From an uncultured Ardenticatenaceae bacterium (GTDB taxonomy: Bacteria; Chloroflexota; Anaerolineae; Promineifilales; Promineifilaceae), in the NCBI GenBank assembly GCA_964422535.1, contig CAYRBP010000010.1, positions 791 through 64,790 of the forward strand: 64,000 bases of DNA, written 5' to 3'. Position numbers and translations under genes: made by a program. This document shows, piece by piece, positions 45,741-55,623 of the stretch (the stretch's first letter is position 1; every line of letters begins with the position of its first letter). The notes beneath the pieces were generated by a model. That model did not search any database. It was given only the letters and a program-made list of their open reading frames with translations, and was not told the origin of the DNA.

Positions 45741-46400
45741 TCACGCCACGTCGCGGATATCGACGATCTCCTGGTCCGGAACCTGGCCCAGGACGATTCG
45801 CGCTTTCTCGGCCGAGACGTTCCGTATCTTGATGACAGCGTCAAAGTACCCTTCGTGCCGGGGTGTCGGGAACGTGCCGATGCCCATGACGCCCCACTTC
45901 TGCTCGCCCAATACGGCCGATAGCTTGGCGAATTCGCCGGGACGGTCCGGCATGCGCATGGTCACCCGGACGCCTTCGTAAGGCAGGCCCAGCATGAGCT
46001 GGAAAACGTGGAGCAGGTCCACTTCGGTCAGGATGCCGACGACCACATCGCCGTGCTCGACGACAGGCAGGCAGCTGGCTTTCTGTTCGACCATGTAGCG
46101 CGCCGCGCGTTCGATCGTCCGCTCCGGCTCGATCAACACCACCTTATCCACCGGCGTCATGACATCGCTGACGGTCATCCGCGACAGGTAGCGGGTGATC
46201 TCCCACATGTCGAGGCTACCCAGCGTACCCGGATCAAGGGCGAAGCTGAGCTGGTCAACCAGCCCGACAAGGCGCTTGCCGTCACCAACCACGGGCAGGT
46301 GGCGGATGCGGTTTTCGTGCATCAGGTGCTCGGCCTCGGCCGCCATCATCGTCGGCGGAACCATCACGGGATGGCGTGTCATGCAGTCCTTGACAAGCAT
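45741..46400 (-). CDS. CBS-pair + ACT-like domain protein (AcuB-like)
   Basis: It has two CBS motifs (MTRHPVMV...IRHLPVV; VMTPVDKVVLIE...CLPVVEHGDVVGILT) and a C-terminal ACT-like region. Confidence 0.8.
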   Translation of the reverse strand: MLVKDCMTRHPVMVPPTMMAAEAEHLMHENRIRHLPVVGDGKRLVGLVDQLSFALDPGTLGSLDMWEITRYLSRMTVSDVMTPVDKVVLIEPERTIERAARYMVEQKASCLPVVEHGDVVVGILTEVDLLHVFQLMLGLPYEGVRVTMRMPDRPGEFAKLSAVLGEQKWGVMGIGTFPTPRHEGYFDAVIKIRNVSAEKARIVLGQVPDQEIVDIRDVA

Positions 46401-46405
46401 TGGTC

Positions 46406-48586
46406 CTAAGCCTCCTGCGGATCGCCCGTCCCCACCGGCGCGGCGATGACGGGATCGAACGTGCTGAGCGTCTCAACCGGAATGTGGCAGAAGATGCGGT
46501 GGCCGTCGCCCACCTCCTGCCACGGCGGCAACTCCGACTCACAGATCTTGCCGCCGTCCGGCAGCAGCCTGCGCCGTGGGCAGCGGGTGTGGAACCGGCA
46601 GCCGCCTGGGGGATCGATGGCGCTGGGTACGGTCCCCTCCAGCCGGATGCGTAGCTGCTGCGCCCTGGGGTCGGGGATGGGAACGGCCGAGAGCAGCGCC
46701 TCTGTGTATGGATGGTACGGCGGTGCGTAGATGGCGTCAGCCGGGCCGATTTCAACGATCTGCCCCAGGTACATGACCGCGACGTAGTCTGAGAAGAAAC
46801 GCACAACACTGAGGTCATGGGCGATGAAGATGAGCGTCGTCCCGTACTCCTTCTGCACGTCGATCAGCAGATTCAGCAACGCGGCCTGGACCGACACATC
46901 CAGGGCGCTGACGGGCTCATCGCAAAGCACCAGGTCGGGCCGGCTGGCCAGCGCCCGCGCGATGCCGACCCTCTGCTTCTCTCCGCCGCTGAGCTGGCGA
47001 GGCAGGCGGTCGTAGTAATTTTCGCCCAGCCGGACTGCCTCCAGCAGGCGGACGACTTCATCGCGGATCTGATTCCGCGGAACCGTCCCGAAACGGGCCA
47101 TCGGCCGCCCTATCTGGCTGCCGACCGTGAACGATGGATTCATCGTTGCGTCGGGGTTCTGGAACACCATCTGCAGTTCCTGGATGAGCCGCGTGTCACG
47201 CTCGCCCAGGTCGCCTGTGATATCGAAACCCATGAACCGGGCTTCGCCGTTGGTGCTGCTCTCCAGTCCGATGATCGTCTTGACGAGCGTGCTCTTGCCA
47301 CAGCCCGACTCGCCGACGATACCCAGTGTCTTGCCTTTGGGCACTGAGAACGTCGCGTCTTCGAGCGCCTTGACAAGGCGCTTTTCGCCCAGGCCGAGGA
47401 CGTCTTTCAACGAGTTGCCCTGAATGGGATAGTACTTCTGCAGGTTGCGGACCTCCAGGATGTCGCCGTTCGTATCCGGTCCGCTCCCCCCTGCGGGAGC
47501 GGACGCTACGGCAGGGTCAGCCGTCGGCACCCAGGCGGTGGGGTCGATCTGCTCGGCGAAGTGGCAGCGAACCGCGGAGCCGCCGGGGAGTTCGCGCAAC
47601 TCAGGCCGCTCCGCCCGGCAGCGGGCTTCAACATAGTCACAACGCGGGCCGAACACGCAGCCGATCGGCCGGTTGTTCGGCGCCGGAACGCGCCCGCGAA
47701 TGGGGTACAGCACGCTGCTGGCCTTATCGGTGCCCAGCCGCGGGACACATCGCAACAGGCCCTGGGTATAGGGATGCTGCGGCTTGGCGAAAAGCTCTTC
47801 GACGGTGGCGCGCTCGACCATCTCCCCCGCATACATCACGCCAACGCGGTTGCAGATGCGGGCGATGACGCCCAGGTTGTGGCTGATGAACATGATCGCC
47901 GTGTCAAAGTCGCGCCGCAACTCGGCGATCAGGTCAAGCACGGCCGCCTCGACGGTCACGTCGAGGGCCGTGGTCGGCTCGTCCATGATCAGCAGAGCCG
48001 GGTTGTTCAGCAGTGCCATGGCAATCACGACCCGCTGCTGCTGGCCGCCCGAGATCTGATGCGGGTAGCGCTTGAGCACGTTGGCCGGGTCCGGCATGTA
48101 GACGCGGTCGAGCGTGCTGATGCATCGTTCGGTTGCTTCCTCATCGCTCATGCCGCGATGAACGGTCAGAACTTCCTTCATCTGGTCGCCCAGGCGCATC
48201 GACGGGTTGAGGGCCTGCATCGGGTCCTGGTAGACCATGGCGATCTGATCGCCGCGCAGCTGTCGCAACTCCTCCCCCGTCTTGCCGAGCAACTCCTGGC
48301 CCTGGAACTTGATGCTCCCGCGCTTGACATAGCCGTTCGCCCCGAGGAAGTTGACCACTGCCCAAGCTGTCGTGCTCTTGCCGCAGCCGGACTCCCCCAC
48401 GACGCCGAAAGTCTCGCCGCGAGCGATCTCGAACGACACGTTCTGGATCGCCTCGACTTCGCCGCCCCGGATCTTGTAGGCGACGGACAGGTTCTCGATC
48501 TTGAGAACCGGCATCTTCGGGCCAGTGATCTGCCAACCCGGGGTGGCGGCGTTGTCGACAGGCATGCTCATGATCTCGCCCTGCAT
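46406..48586 (-). CDS. fused double ATP-binding protein of a peptide/opine/nickel-type ABC importer (DppD-DppF fusion)
   Basis: It has two Walker A motifs (GESGCGKST, twice) and two signature motifs (ISGGQQQRV, LSGGEKQRV). Each half ends in an oligopeptide-type Cys-containing C-terminal extension. Confidence 0.9.
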   Translation of the reverse strand: MQGEIMSMPVDNAATPGWQITGPKMPVLKIENLSVAYKIRGGEVEAIQNVSFEIARGETFGVVGESGCGKSTTAWAVVNFLGANGYVKRGSIKFQGQELLGKTGEELRQLRGDQIAMVYQDPMQALNPSMRLGDQMKEVLTVHRGMSDEEATERCISTLDRVYMPDPANVLKRYPHQISGGQQQRVVIAMALLNNPALLIMDEPTTALDVTVEAAVLDLIAELRRDFDTAIMFISHNLGVIARICNRVGVMYAGEMVERATVEELFAKPQHPYTQGLLRCVPRLGTDKASSVLYPIRGRVPAPNNRPIGCVFGPRCDYVEARCRAERPELRELPGGSAVRCHFAEQIDPTAWVPTADPAVASAPAGGSGPDTNGDILEVRNLQKYYPIQGNSLKDVLGLGEKRLVKALEDATFSVPKGKTLGIVGESGCGKSTLVKTIIGLESSTNGEARFMGFDITGDLGERDTRLIQELQMVFQNPDATMNPSFTVGSQIGRPMARFGTVPRNQIRDEVVRLLEAVRLGENYYDRLPRQLSGGEKQRVGIARALASRPDLVLCDEPVSALDVSVQAALLNLLIDVQKEYGTTLIFIAHDLSVVRFFSDYVAVMYLGQIVEIGPADAIYAPPYHPYTEALLSAVPIPDPRAQQLRIRLEGTVPSAIDPPGGCRFHTRCPRRRLLPDGGKICESELPPWQEVGDGHRIFCHIPVETLSTFDPVIAAPVGTGDPQEA

Positions 48587-48611
48587 TCGACCTGGTAACT
48601 CCTTCGGCCAA

Positions 48612-49547
48612 TCACTTCTGGTAGCGGCTCAACTCTTCACGCAGGCCGTCACCCAGAAGGTTGAGCCCGATGACCAGCGTCGCAATGGCAAGCGAAGGCC
48701 AGATCACCGGCCACGGCGACGAAAAGATGAAGCGGCGCGCATCGTTGACCATGCTGCCCCAGTCGGGGTCGGGCGGCGGCAGGCCCAGGCCGAGGAAACC
48801 CAACGTGCCGATGGCGAAGATGGCATAGCCAACGCGGAGCATCGAATCGACGATCAGCGGCCCGCGCGCGTTGGGCAGGATCTCGCGGAACATGATGTAC
48901 CAGCTACTCTCGCCGCGCGTCTCGGCTGCCCGGACGTAGTCGCGGGTGCTGATGTCCAGCGTCAGGCTGCGGGCTAGTCGAGCGACGCCCGGCGCGCCGG
49001 TGATGGCGATGGCCAGGATCACAACCAGGTCGCTCTGGCCGAGCGCGGCAATGACCACCAGATAGAGGACGATGCGCGGAAAGGCGATCAGCGCGTCCTG
49101 CACCTGCATGATCCCCTGGTCCCACCAGCCGCGCTTGTAGCCGGCCACCTGGCCGAGCAGCGTGCCGATGACGAGCGACCAGAACACGCCCCAGATGGCC
49201 ACGCCGCCGGGGATGGAAATCGTCTTCCCGTCTCCCACCGGCACCCGCGTCTTGAGCAGGACAACCTGCGTGCCGGTCATGATCCGCGACAGCTCGTCCC
49301 GGCCGAGGTGGTCGGTCCCCAGCCAGTTGACTCTATTCGGAGGCAGGTTCTGCTCGAACAGCGACGCGTTGGGCGGGTATGGCGTCCAAAACAGCGAGAC
49401 AATGCCGACAGCCAGCCAGAACACCACCATGAACAGGCCCACGGTCGCGACGCGCGACTCGAAGACAATCGAGATCGCGTTCCACAGACGCCGCCAGCGC
49501 GACGGTCGCGCGGCGGCGGTTGCCGTAGCAGGTTGGGCAATTGCCAT
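48612..49547 (-). CDS. ABC transporter permease (DppC/OppC-like)
   Basis: It is a six-TM BPD_transp_1 protein with an EAA-like loop (YVRAAETRGESSWYIMFREILPN). Confidence 0.88.
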   Translation of the reverse strand: MAIAQPATATAAARPSRWRRLWNAISIVFESRVATVGLFMVVFWLAVGIVSLFWTPYPPNASLFEQNLPPNRVNWLGTDHLGRDELSRIMTGTQVVLLKTRVPVGDGKTISIPGGVAIWGVFWSLVIGTLLGQVAGYKRGWWDQGIMQVQDALIAFPRIVLYLVVIAALGQSDLVVILAIAITGAPGVARLARSLTLDISTRDYVRAAETRGESSWYIMFREILPNARGPLIVDSMLRVGYAIFAIGTLGFLGLGLPPPDPDWGSMVNDARRFIFSSPWPVIWPSLAIATLVIGLNLLGDGLREELSRYQK

Positions 49548-49562
49548 ACTGGTCCTATCCCC

Positions 49563-50861
49563 CTAGCTGTAGCGGATGCGCGGGTTGAGCATTGTATAGG
49601 CCAGGTCGCCCAGGAGCCGGGTGCCAACCGCCACAACGACCAGGATCATCGCCCCGGCCTCGACGGCGTTGAAGTCGCCGAAGATCGCGGCGTCATAGAT
49701 ATACTTACCCAGGCCCGGATAGCCGAAGACCACCTCAACGACCACCAGGCCACCGACCAGCCAGTTCACGTGCAGCATGATGATCGTGATCGGGGCCAGG
49801 AGGGCATTGCGGACGGCGTGACCGAAAATGACGCGGTTGCGCGGCATGCCCTTGATGATCGCGGTACGGATGTAGGACGAATCCATGACCTCAACCATGC
49901 TCGCCCGGGTCATGCGCGCCACGTAGCCAAGCTCGGCCGCGGTCAGGGTCAGGACCGGCAGGATCAGCAGGCTGGGATTCTCGAAGATCGCATTGGGCGT
50001 CGTGAAGATGGCGACCGCCGGGACCCACTTCAGCCAAATGCCAAAGATGAGGATCACGAAGATGCCTGTCACAAACTCCGGGGTAGAGGTCATCGCCAGG
50101 CCTGTGACCGAGATCGTCCTGTCGACTGACTTTCCTTCGTTGACGCCGGCAACGATACCCAGGAAGAGGGCCAGGGGCATCACCACAACGAATGCAGCGG
50201 CGGCCAGCACGATCGAGTTTCGCAGCCGCGGCCAGAGGGTCACCGATACCGGTCGTCCCGTTTGCAGCGACTTACCGGCGTCGCCTCGGAGCAGGCCGCG
50301 TTTCAGCGGGATGTACTGCTGCGGGCCGTCACCCTCCCGGCGGAGGCCGGCCTTGGTCAGCACCCAGACCTCCTCCCCCGCGCCCCGGACCCATTTGACC
50401 GCGCTATTGTCTTCGTTCACGCCCCAGAAGATCTCCGCGCCGGACTCGTCCCGTTCCCACTGGACGTCGGTCACCACGACGGCCGTCGTGCCGTCCGGTT
50501 GCAGCACCAGCGTCTTGAGCACGCCGTCCTCCATTCGCCAGCGCGTCAGGTTGCCGTTCACGTTCGCCCACCACGTCTGCTCGCCGGTGACCACGTTGTT
50601 GACCGTGACCAGTTCGTGGCCGACCAGGTCTTCCGCGCGCCAGTCATTGCCGGCCACCCAATCCAGGTAGCGCTGCCACGTGGGGGCGTCAAGGCCCAGC
50701 TGAGCACGGTAGGACGCGCGCTGCTCCGGAGTGGAGAAGACACCGAGGATGCGAACGGTGACGTCGCCCGTTGCAACCTCAAGGAGGAGCCAGAGCAGGA
50801 CCGATACCAGGAACATAGTGATGACGGTCGAGACGGCGCTGCGCACCAGGAAACGAGCCAT
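49563..50861 (-). CDS. ABC transporter permease (DppB/OppB-like) with enlarged first extracytoplasmic loop
   Basis: The N-terminus MARFLVRSAVSTVITMFLVSVLLWLL and the EAA loop (YIRTAIIKGMPRNRVIFGHAVRN) are standard. A ~150-aa soluble insertion lies between TM1 and TM2. Confidence 0.85.
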   Translation of the reverse strand: MARFLVRSAVSTVITMFLVSVLLWLLLEVATGDVTVRILGVFSTPEQRASYRAQLGLDAPTWQRYLDWVAGNDWRAEDLVGHELVTVNNVVTGEQTWWANVNGNLTRWRMEDGVLKTLVLQPDGTTAVVVTDVQWERDESGAEIFWGVNEDNSAVKWVRGAGEEVWVLTKAGLRREGDGPQQYIPLKRGLLRGDAGKSLQTGRPVSVTLWPRLRNSIVLAAAAFVVVMPLALFLGIVAGVNEGKSVDRTISVTGLAMTSTPEFVTGIFVILIFGIWLKWVPAVAIFTTPNAIFENPSLLILPVLTLTAAELGYVARMTRASMVEVMDSSYIRTAIIKGMPRNRVIFGHAVRNALLAPITIIMLHVNWLVGGLVVVEVVFGYPGLGKYIYDAAIFGDFNAVEAGAMILVVVAVGTRLLGDLAYTMLNPRIRYS

Positions 50862-50955
50862 GACAGCCTCCTACGGGACCAGACCGATCCCGAGCGAGGA
50901 AAAGAAGACGGCGCCGGCCTTCACGCGGCCGGCACCGTGACACCGATGATGCCCG

Positions 50956-52674
50956 CTAGCTGGCCTGCTCCCAGACTTCATAGTAGAAGTCGTAGGCGGT
51001 CGGGTGGGCGGTGATATTCTGGAAGCGTTCGTGGGTGACGTTCCAGACCTTCTTCCAGTAGCTGTTCCCGATCGGGCCGCGCTCCTGCATGATCGTCTCC
51101 AGCTGGCACATGATCTCACGCCGGGCCTCGACGTCCAGCGTGCCCTCGGCCTGTCGCAGGAGCGTCTCAAACTCCTCATCTGTCCAGCGCGTCTCGTTCC
51201 AGGCACCGATGGCTTCCTTGATGTAGGCCAGCGGCAGGACCATCGTGCCCAGCGGCCGGTGCGTCCAGGAGGTGATCCCAAAGTCGACCTCCGTCCAGCG
51301 GTCCCAGTAGCCGTTTGGTTCGGTGATGTCCAGCGTGATATCGAAACCGGCCGGCAGGGCGAGTTCCTTGAGCGCCTGGGCGATCTCGGGCTCGTTCTGG
51401 TCGTTCTTCGTCGCCAGCGTCACCTGCAAGGGCAGCGTGAGACCCTTCTCGGCCGCGTATTCCTCCATCAGCGCGAGCGCCCCCTCCGGGTCATACGGCG
51501 GGATAGGCTGCTCGCAATACTCCGGATGGATCGGCGCGACGTGGGCATCCAGCGACAGGTCGCCTTCGCCGAAATACGACAGCTGCAGGATCTTCGCCCG
51601 ATCCTGTGACATCTTCATCGCCGTGCGCACGCGGTTGTCGTCCCACGGCGGGATGTCAACGCGCATGCGGAGGATCAGCGCCTGGGCAGTACTGACCGAC
51701 CTGACTGCCAGTCCGGGAACATCCTTGAGCGCCTGGTAGTCGCTCGGCCGGGGGTCGTAGAGCGAGTCCACCTGGCCCGACTGCAGCGCGGCGACGCCGG
51801 CATCCTTGTCCGTTGAGACATAGATGATTTCATCCAGGTACGGCAACGGCTGCCCGTCCTCGCCATTGCGCCAGTAGTCCGCGCGGCGCTTGAAGACCGC
51901 CCGCTCGCCCTCGGCGTATTCCTCCAGCGTGAACGCGCCCGTACCCACGGGTTGCTTGACAATGTCACCCTCAAAGTTGCGGGGCAGGATGACCGCCGGA
52001 TAGTGGAACAGGTGCTCCGGGACGCCGATGTTGGGCGTCTGCAGGTTCAGGCGGATATGGTAATCGTCGACCTTCTCTACATCCTGGATGCCGCTCAGAT
52101 AGGACAACAGGCCCAGCATCGACGAGCCGACGTCCGGGTTGAGCCACTCGCCGAAGGTGAACATGACATCATCGGCCGTGAAGTCCTGGCCGTTGTTGAA
52201 CTTGATCCCCTGCTTCAGGTACAGGTCCCAGGTCTTGACATCGGCGCTGGCTTCCCAGCGGTCCAGCAGGTACGGCCGGGTGATGTTGTCGGGGCCGGTT
52301 TCGGTCAAATACTCGCTGATCTGGCGAACGACGTTAGCGCCCTCAACCCATGACAGGCGCGCCGGATGATCCAGTAGCTGGAGTTGCATCGACTTGGTGA
52401 TCTTGCCGCCACGGCGGGGGCCGCTGGCGACGGGTACGGCCGTCGCGGCCGCCTCTTCGCTGACTGCGCCGGCGGTCGCCTCCGGGGCGACGGCCGTGCC
52501 GCCCCCGCCACAGGCCGCTGCGATAGACGCCATGCCGGCCGACATGCCCAGCAGGGTTGCGAAGCGCATGAATTCGCGGCGCGAGATGCGTCCCTGCTCC
52601 AGCTTCTCATATGCGTCAGGAATAGCCGGATGGATCTTCTCCATCTGCTTCTTTGAGACTTTCGAAACCTTCAT
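50956..52674 (-). CDS. ABC transporter substrate-binding protein, family 5 (peptide/opine/nickel type), Tat-like signal
   Basis: The ATG at 52674 has a GGAGGAG RBS. The signal region has ISRREFMRFATLLGMSAGMASIAAACGGG, which is a twin-Arg-like motif plus a lipobox-like Cys. An SBP_bac_5-like body follows. Confidence 0.88.
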   Translation of the reverse strand: MKVSKVSKKQMEKIHPAIPDAYEKLEQGRISRREFMRFATLLGMSAGMASIAAACGGGGTAVAPEATAGAVSEEAAATAVPVASGPRRGGKITKSMQLQLLDHPARLSWVEGANVVRQISEYLTETGPDNITRPYLLDRWEASADVKTWDLYLKQGIKFNNGQDFTADDVMFTFGEWLNPDVGSSMLGLLSYLSGIQDVEKVDDYHIRLNLQTPNIGVPEHLFHYPAVILPRNFEGDIVKQPVGTGAFTLEEYAEGERAVFKRRADYWRNGEDGQPLPYLDEIIYVSTDKDAGVAALQSGQVDSLYDPRPSDYQALKDVPGLAVRSVSTAQALILRMRVDIPPWDDNRVRTAMKMSQDRAKILQLSYFGEGDLSLDAHVAPIHPEYCEQPIPPYDPEGALALMEEYAAEKGLTLPLQVTLATKNDQNEPEIAQALKELALPAGFDITLDITEPNGYWDRWTEVDFGITSWTHRPLGTMVLPLAYIKEAIGAWNETRWTDEEFETLLRQAEGTLDVEARREIMCQLETIMQERGPIGNSYWKKVWNVTHERFQNITAHPTAYDFYYEVWEQAS

Positions 52675-53085
52675 CGTATCTCCTCCAAACGACGTGGGGC
52701 CCCAATGTGAGGCAACCGCCAGTGTGCTGCAGCCCGGTGAATCAGCCGAGGTTGAACGGGTCATCCCGTTACGTCATTCGTTACCCATCGCACCTCCTCC
52801 GGTTGAGATCATGAAATGGTCCTCAACCTTGCTAGACATGAGGCAAGCGGAGTGGCGTAAGAACGGTGATGGCTGTGAAGTGGAAGGTAGGCGTGCAGAA
52901 AAGAGTGAAGGCCAACCGCTGGGCCTGAGGCCTCGCTCAGGAGTCAGTATCCCGGATAGAGTGGTATGCCGTATGGTTGCCTTCAAGGGTATGCTGGTCT
53001 GTCTGTTAACGCCCCGAGGTTGCCGGGACACCGGGGCACCCGTCGAACGACCTGTCGAATCGGATTGCAGACGGCAGGCGGAAAA

Positions 53086-53113
53086 ATGATAGCATGAGTT
53101 CATCGATGTGCAA
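53086..53113 (-). promoter_or_regulatory. candidate promoter of the ABC operon (TTGCAC - 16 nt - TATCAT), implying a roughly 400-nt leader
   Basis: On the minus strand, TTGCAC lies at 53113-53108 and TATCAT at 53091-53086. The first start codon of the operon is at 52674. Confidence 0.35.
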
Positions 53114-53351
53114 CCTCGGCTGCCGACGTTTTCGTCGGCGTAAGCATCAGGCGCGCCCCCGAAGCGCCTGCCCCGGGCGATCGGCGAGATCGTCAGGTCG
53201 CCGGTGACCGCTATATAATCCTGCGCGTGTCAAGGTCAGGCTGCGAGCGTGCGACGGCTGCGCTCCCCTGTCATTGGGGGAGTGCATTAGGGGGCTTTGG
53301 TGAATGCCTATGCGAAGGCATGGGGACCCCAGGCCCATGTGACGATGTGTC

Positions 53352-55013
53352 ATGCTAACGGTGCGCGAGGCTCTCTCTCTGCCTGTGTTTCATGACTCGC
53401 TCCTGGTTGCCGGCGAAAGCGGCATCGACAACGTCATCAACTGGGTCCACATCGTCGACATCCCGGAAGCCCACTATGAGTGGCACCGGAGAGGCGTCCT
53501 GCTCCTCACGGCCGGCTACGGCCTGCGCGACCACCCTGACCGGCTGGAGGCGCTGATTCCCACGCTGGTCGAACAGGGATTCGCCGGCATGGTCCTGGCC
53601 GTCGGCTACAACTTCGACCGTGCCCCGGATGCGCTTCGCGAAGCGGCCGACCGCCTTGCCTTCCCGCTCATCGAGGCCCCCCGCGAGATTCTCTTCATCG
53701 AAGTCACCGAAGCCATCCTGGAGCGGATCGTCAACCGCCAGTACACCCTGCTTCAGCAGTCGTCGGCGGTCAGCGAGCAACTGACAGAGCTGGTGCTGCA
53801 GGGTGCCAACCTGGACGGTCTCGTCGCGACCCTGGCCTCGCTCATCGGCCGCTCGGTCCTTGTCGAAGATGCCTCGTTTCGAATCGTCGCCAGCGCCCAG
53901 GCCGGCCCGGTCGACCAGGCGCGCCTCGACAGCGTCGCCCGCGGCCGGACGGCCGCCGAACTCTCGCAGCGTCTCGTCGATGCGGGCATCTATGCCCAGC
54001 TCCAGTCGCGCCTGGGCCCCGTTCACCTGCCTCCCCTGCCCGAACTTGGCATGGACATGGAAAGGCTCGTCACCCCGATCATCGTCGACCGCGAGATCCA
54101 CGGTTACCTGTGGGTCATCATCGACGACCAGCCCGTCTCCCAGCTTGACGAGCGGGCGATCAGCCATGCGGCAACCGTGGCGGCGCTGATCATCTTTAAG
54201 GACCTGGCGGTGCGCCGCGCGGAAGAAGCGCAGCGAGGCGACCTGCTTGAAAGGCTGCTCCAGGGACCGCCTGACTCCGTGGCGATCGGCGACCAGGCGC
54301 TCCGCCTGCGCTTCCGCCCCGACCGCGCCCAGCAGGTACTGGTCATCCGCAGCGAATCGGGATCGAGGGGAAGCCCCCAGCCGCTCCTGGCTTCGGTCGA
54401 GACCTGGCTTTCCTCCACGATGTCGCGCCATCTCGCGGCCTGGCGGGGCAACCAGCTGGTCGTCGTCCTCGAGAACGGCCGCGAGCGCGCGAACAGGGAT
54501 GTCGCGCTGGCCCTCCATAAGGCACTGAACCACCCCGGCAGTCGCCTCCTCATCGGCGTCGGCCGCCCGTGCAGCGCGGAGGAAGTCCGCCAGCGGGGGA
54601 TTCGACGCAGCTATGAGGAAGCCCTCGAGGCCATCCAGATCGCTGAGGCGACCGGTGTGACTGACGGAGTCATGGTCTTTGAGGAGCTCGGCCTGCTTCA
54701 CTGGCTCTATCATCTGCCGCCCGAGCGGCTGAGTGAATCCGTCTTCAGCCGGGCCGTTGACTTGCTGGCGGCTCACGATGCTGAGCGGAATGCGGAGCTG
54801 GTCAAGTCGCTTGATGCCTTTCTCGAGCACAACGGGTCGCTGGTGGACACAGCACAGGCGCTCTACATCCACCGCAACACCCTGCTTCACCGGCTGGAGC
54901 GCATCCGAGCGCTGACCGGGCTCGACCTGCGTACTGCCTGGCAGCGCGCCAACCTCTATATGGCCCTGAAGGCCCACCAGCTCCAGCGGTATCGCTCGCG
55001 CGACACCGGATGA
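53352..55013 (+). CDS. PucR/CdaR-family transcriptional regulator
   Basis: 553 aa. It has an N-terminal PucR-type domain (LPVFHDSLLVAGESGIDNVINWVHIVD), a GGDEF-like middle region, and the C-terminal HTH TAQALYIHRNTLLHRLERIRALTGLDL. Confidence 0.88.
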   Translation: MLTVREALSLPVFHDSLLVAGESGIDNVINWVHIVDIPEAHYEWHRRGVLLLTAGYGLRDHPDRLEALIPTLVEQGFAGMVLAVGYNFDRAPDALREAADRLAFPLIEAPREILFIEVTEAILERIVNRQYTLLQQSSAVSEQLTELVLQGANLDGLVATLASLIGRSVLVEDASFRIVASAQAGPVDQARLDSVARGRTAAELSQRLVDAGIYAQLQSRLGPVHLPPLPELGMDMERLVTPIIVDREIHGYLWVIIDDQPVSQLDERAISHAATVAALIIFKDLAVRRAEEAQRGDLLERLLQGPPDSVAIGDQALRLRFRPDRAQQVLVIRSESGSRGSPQPLLASVETWLSSTMSRHLAAWRGNQLVVVLENGRERANRDVALALHKALNHPGSRLLIGVGRPCSAEEVRQRGIRRSYEEALEAIQIAEATGVTDGVMVFEELGLLHWLYHLPPERLSESVFSRAVDLLAAHDAERNAELVKSLDAFLEHNGSLVDTAQALYIHRNTLLHRLERIRALTGLDLRTAWQRANLYMALKAHQLQRYRSRDTG

Positions 55014-55134
55014 GGCGCGGCCCGGCGATCTGTATGGCCGGCACATTTGGCATCACGAATCATTGTATGCGCGTCACCTTGTGCGTTTGCCGGCCATCTG
55101 GCTACAATGCACCATCCCGCGCGGATCGGGCGAC

Positions 55135-55623
55135 ATGACCAAACGCATCGTCTTGCTCCAGGCGCTGGCATCAACGCCGGCCGACCTTAACCGGATGACA
55201 AGAGCCGTCACCCGGGAGGCAGCCGTCTGGCGCGAGCGCGAAGACACCTGGTCGCTGGCCGACATCGCTGCCCATCTGACACTGGTCGAGCGGGCCTGCC
55301 TCGAGCGCCTGCGGCGCGTGGTGGACGAAGATGAACCCCATGTCCCGTATATCCATCCCGAACCGGAGCGGCACGAACTGCAGCGGCCCCTGGCGGAGTT
55401 GACGGCCGAGTTCTCGGCCGCGCGCGAGGAAACGCTTCGTTTCCTGGAAGACCTGCCGCCTGCCGCCTGGCAGCGCGCGGCAATCCACGAGCGCAAGGGC
55501 CGCATGACGCTCCGCTACCTCGTCCAGGACATGGTCGGTCACGACATCGACCATACCAACCAGGCGGCCGAAATCCTCCAGCGCGCCCGTGCTGCGGAGA
55601 CGAAGCCCGTCCAAAAGGCATGA
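55135..55623 (+). CDS. DinB-family (four-helix-bundle) protein
   Basis: The ATG at 55135 opens a protein with a DinB-like His triad context (W.L.DIAAHL...., MVGHDIDHTNQ). Confidence 0.7.
   Translation: MTKRIVLLQALASTPADLNRMTRAVTREAAVWREREDTWSLADIAAHLTLVERACLERLRRVVDEDEPHVPYIHPEPERHELQRPLAELTAEFSAAREETLRFLEDLPPAAWQRAAIHERKGRMTLRYLVQDMVGHDIDHTNQAAEILQRARAAETKPVQKA

Noticed and set aside
52774-53103. 109-aa minus-strand ORF (and 68-aa ORF 53147-53353) inside the long spacer upstream of the ABC operon
   Set aside because: There is no RBS at their starts, their composition is odd, and their codon bias is lower than that of neighbouring genes. Only the terminal 4-codon mini-ORF with a perfect SD is retained, as a finding.
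53355-55046. 563-aa minus-strand ORF antisense to the PucR regulator
   Set aside because: It is low-complexity and Arg/Asp/Gly-rich with no motifs. The plus-strand product has a recognisable PucR HTH.
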